64,000 nt of DNA from the NCBI GenBank assembly GCA_965235115.1, contig OZ249440.1, positions 14,694,001 through 14,758,000 on the forward strand, given 5' to 3'. The notes beneath the pieces are model-generated. The model made no database searches and was not told where the DNA came from. It worked only from the letters and a program-made list of their open reading frames with translations. This DNA is from Laetmonice hystrix. Its lineage: Eukaryota. Both the position numbers and the translations under genes were made by a program. How positions within the stretch are numbered: position 1 is the first letter of the stretch; every line of letters starts with the position of its first letter. Of this stretch, positions 60,917-64,000 are shown piece after piece.

Positions 60917-61765
60917 ACCGGTTTGATTTAACCGGACCAGGGCAATACTGACCACAGGCCCTCGACCAGCTTGATTTAACATGACCAGGGCCTTATACTG
61001 ACCACAGGCCCTCGACCAGTTTGATTTAACATGACCAGGGCAATACTGACCACAGACCCTCGACCAGCTTGATTTAACATGACCAGGGCAATACTGACCA
61101 CAGACCCTCGACCAGTTTGATTTAACATGACCAGGGCAATACTGACCACAGACCCTCGACCAGTTTGATTTAACATGACCAGGGCAATACTGACCACAGG
61201 CCCTAGACCGGTTTGATTTAACATGACCAGAGTTATACTGACCACAGACCCTCGACCAGTTTGATTTAACATGACCAGGGCAATACTGACCACAGGCCCT
61301 CGACCAGCTTGATTTAACATGACCAGGGCAATACTGACCACAGACCCTCGACCAGTTTGATTTAACATGGCCAGGGCAATACTGACCACAGGCCCTAGAC
61401 CAGTTTGATTTAACATGACCAGGGCAATACTGACCACAGGCCCTCGACCAGTTTGATTTAACATGACCAGAGTTATACTGACCACAGACCCTCGACCAGT
61501 TTGATTTAACATGACCAGGGCAATACTGACCACAGGCCCTCGACCAGTTTGATTTAACATGACCAGGGCAATACTGACCACAGGCCCTCGACCAGTTTGA
61601 TTTAACATGACCAGGGCAATACTGACCACAGGCCCTCGACCAGTTTGATTTAACATGGCCAGGGCAATACTGACCACAGGCCCTCGACCAGTTTGATTTA
61701 ACATGACCAGAGTTATACTGACCACAGACCCTCGACCAGTTTGATTTAGCCGGACCAGGGCCTCA
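60917..61765. repeat. 48-bp tandem array, about 17 copies
   Basis: Unit accagtttgatttaacatgaccagggcaatactgaccacaggccctcg with a few recurring variants. Confidence 0.97.
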
Positions 61766-64000
61766 TTCTGACCCCCCCCCCCCCCCGGCCGGGATCACTT
61801 GACGGTCTGTCAGGGTCTGCCCTAGAGCCCCGCCCCAGAACCCAGTGGGGTGGGAGTCATCAGTCAGACATTAGCAGCCGGCGGTGGGGTGGGGTGTGTG
61901 TGTGTGTGTGTGGGGGGGGGGGGGGCAGGCACATCTCCGGCCAAGGATTCAATCTCCGTCAATCAGCGCCAACGGCAATTAATGAAACATGTACTTTCTG
62001 ACACAAGTCTTTCAGGGACTCTCTGACATGGAAAGGTTGCTGCCAAGTCAGATGATTCTTTGATGTCAGCAATCAGAGCGAATTATCCATCTGGACCGAT
62101 CTTAATTCTTGATCTAGATTTGTCCACGAGCAGTTGAGTATCCGGAATTTTTATCGGAATGAATTTTTAATAAAGCTTCTGGCAAAGTTCAGACCATACA
62201 TACGGGATGGTTAGAGTTAACACGACTGTTGTACATACATCTCACATTTTCATTGGGGGGCTGCTAACCCCCTGACCCCCCCCCCCCACGTTATACTATT
62301 GCCACCCCAAACATTTATGTTAGGGGGCAATGGCCCCTTGCCCCCTCTCAGTTCCCACGCCTATGCTTCTGGTAGGTTTATGGTTATAGTACTCCCTAGT
62401 GCCATCCCTTTAACTACGACTGGGCCTCCCACCACAAGTCATGCCCCCTGCCCGATTGGCTCTCTTCATAGAATACGATAAGATCTCACTGGGGAATTAG
62501 ATTTCATATCCCAGCACACACAAAAAAGGCTGTTCATCCGGCTTTTTTAAAAGAACTAATTTTCTGTGAGTGATGTGGCATTAATCCGTTCAAATTAAAG
62601 TCTGCCGCAGATAGTCGTGCAAGCACATATAAAAATATAGGTCATAACGGATAACGAATCTATCCAGTTGTGGCAACGGTGACATTTAAAAGTCTGTGTG
62701 CAATTCCCCCGATATGACAGCCAGTCCCGACTGCTGAAATGTCACGACAGTCGGAGAGGCCAAAAGTCGGCCCAGGACGCCCAGCGACTGGGTCTACTTC
62801 ACGACATAACACATGCTTCTTCAACACATGTCCGAACGTCGGGTACACTGTCTTCCCTTTCTTAACATTCTAACATCGGCATTCATATAACTGGGCCTGA
62901 TTACGCAACCAACATACTCTTTTGGGTGTGGCATTTCCTCGTGGGAAAGTGGGGTTTAAGAAAGGCCGGGGGACAGTCGTTTTAGCATCTTCACCAAATC
63001 ATTCTCTGGTCCATACGGCATGCAGAAGGGGCAGACAGCACAATTAAAATAACATGACTTCACCATTTTCTTGTTCCGTCTTAAGTTATTCCACAACTGA
63101 AATAATTATGTCCGAGAGGGCCGTTGTGTAATCGAGCAAGTGACGTCACCATAAGAAGGTCTTTAATTAAGGAATTATTTTTGGATATGAATATGAGGAT
63201 TACAACATCGACTGGTGCTATTCACATTCATTAAGATCTGTCCGTATTTGGACGGTAGGCTGCCGTCGGTTGCGTTTCTTGTTTCATGCGGTCCATTAGC
63301 GTTCAACTACATCGGTTGTTTCAAGCCCAACATTCATAGGCCTACATTATTTTTTGGACCTGCAAAATAAATATTAATTGTATACTGAACATCGAAGTAG
63401 CATTGCTGAAAAAGGTAAGTTGAACATAATATACGACTGCGTACGCTGGAGCTAATAGTTCTCACTACATGCTGTCAGGTCCCCTTGAAAGGATACGTGG
63501 TGATGAAGCTTGCATGCCCCTTCGTTTGCCCAAGTGAGCAATCAGAAAAGCCGGCTTACGATTCATGGCAGCGACCCCGTCAGCCCTAAGTGATATCACT
63601 CACAGCACAGCTGCTGCGGAAAACACTTCACATGTTACATGTATAAAGGCAAGAGGCCAGGCGAGTGTCTCAAAGTCATGCACTGCCCCCTGTGGAGGGG
63701 ATTGGGGACCCTCCAGGGTGTCACAAGGCCGTTTTGGTTTCATGTATGCGTCCTGGAAAAGGGCAAGTACCCTGGAGCCTTCCAAGCGACCTTACCGGGC
63801 TAACAACTGATGGAGCACGAAGCCAACCGACGCGGTGGTTGAGTTAGAGCGCTTGGATCGGCGATGCATCTTAGTTTGTGATCTCCAGCCTGGGATTAAA
63901 GACGAATCCCCGACATCGCCATCCATCATGTACGGCTGCCGGGGGCGGGTCACGGGCCGAGGCGCCGGCTAGTCCGTGACACGGGTACGGCACCCTGGTC

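Noticed and set aside
62660-63847. Short ORFs near the right edge
   Set aside because: No homology recognised and no coherent exon structure; a gene starting beyond the window cannot be excluded.

Overview
This is eukaryotic, intron-containing genomic DNA from a marine-invertebrate-like animal. The abundant taggccta motifs, poly-C/G tracts and MITE families suggest an echinoderm, but that is inference. I rebuilt four protein-coding genes by hand with phase-consistent splice junctions: the 5' part of GLRX3/PICOT (minus strand, 4 exons, runs off the left edge); DUSP11/PIR1 RNA 5'-phosphatase (minus, 8 exons, 471 aa, with an unusual ~290-aa RGG/SYGQ-rich tail); meiotic cohesin REC8 (plus, 17 exons, 684 aa, head-to-head with DUSP11); and an intronless biogenic-amine GPCR (plus, 509 aa, tyramine type-2/octopamine-like). 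The rest is non-coding. It holds non-autonomous DNA transposons with 2-, 5-, 6-, 8- and 9-bp target duplications, SINE fragments, long palindromes sharing a CGAGC..GCGAG core, and five large tandem arrays (80, 258, 101, 59 and 48 bp units). At least two arrays sit inside Helentron/HINE-like elements. There is no CRISPR array, prokaryotic system or intact transposase. The best leads are the FET-like tail on DUSP11 and its shared promoter with REC8, a triplicated separase motif in REC8, the conserved-core palindromes, and the hAT-like elements with 5/6-bp TSDs. All coordinates were counted by hand and may be off by a few bases.
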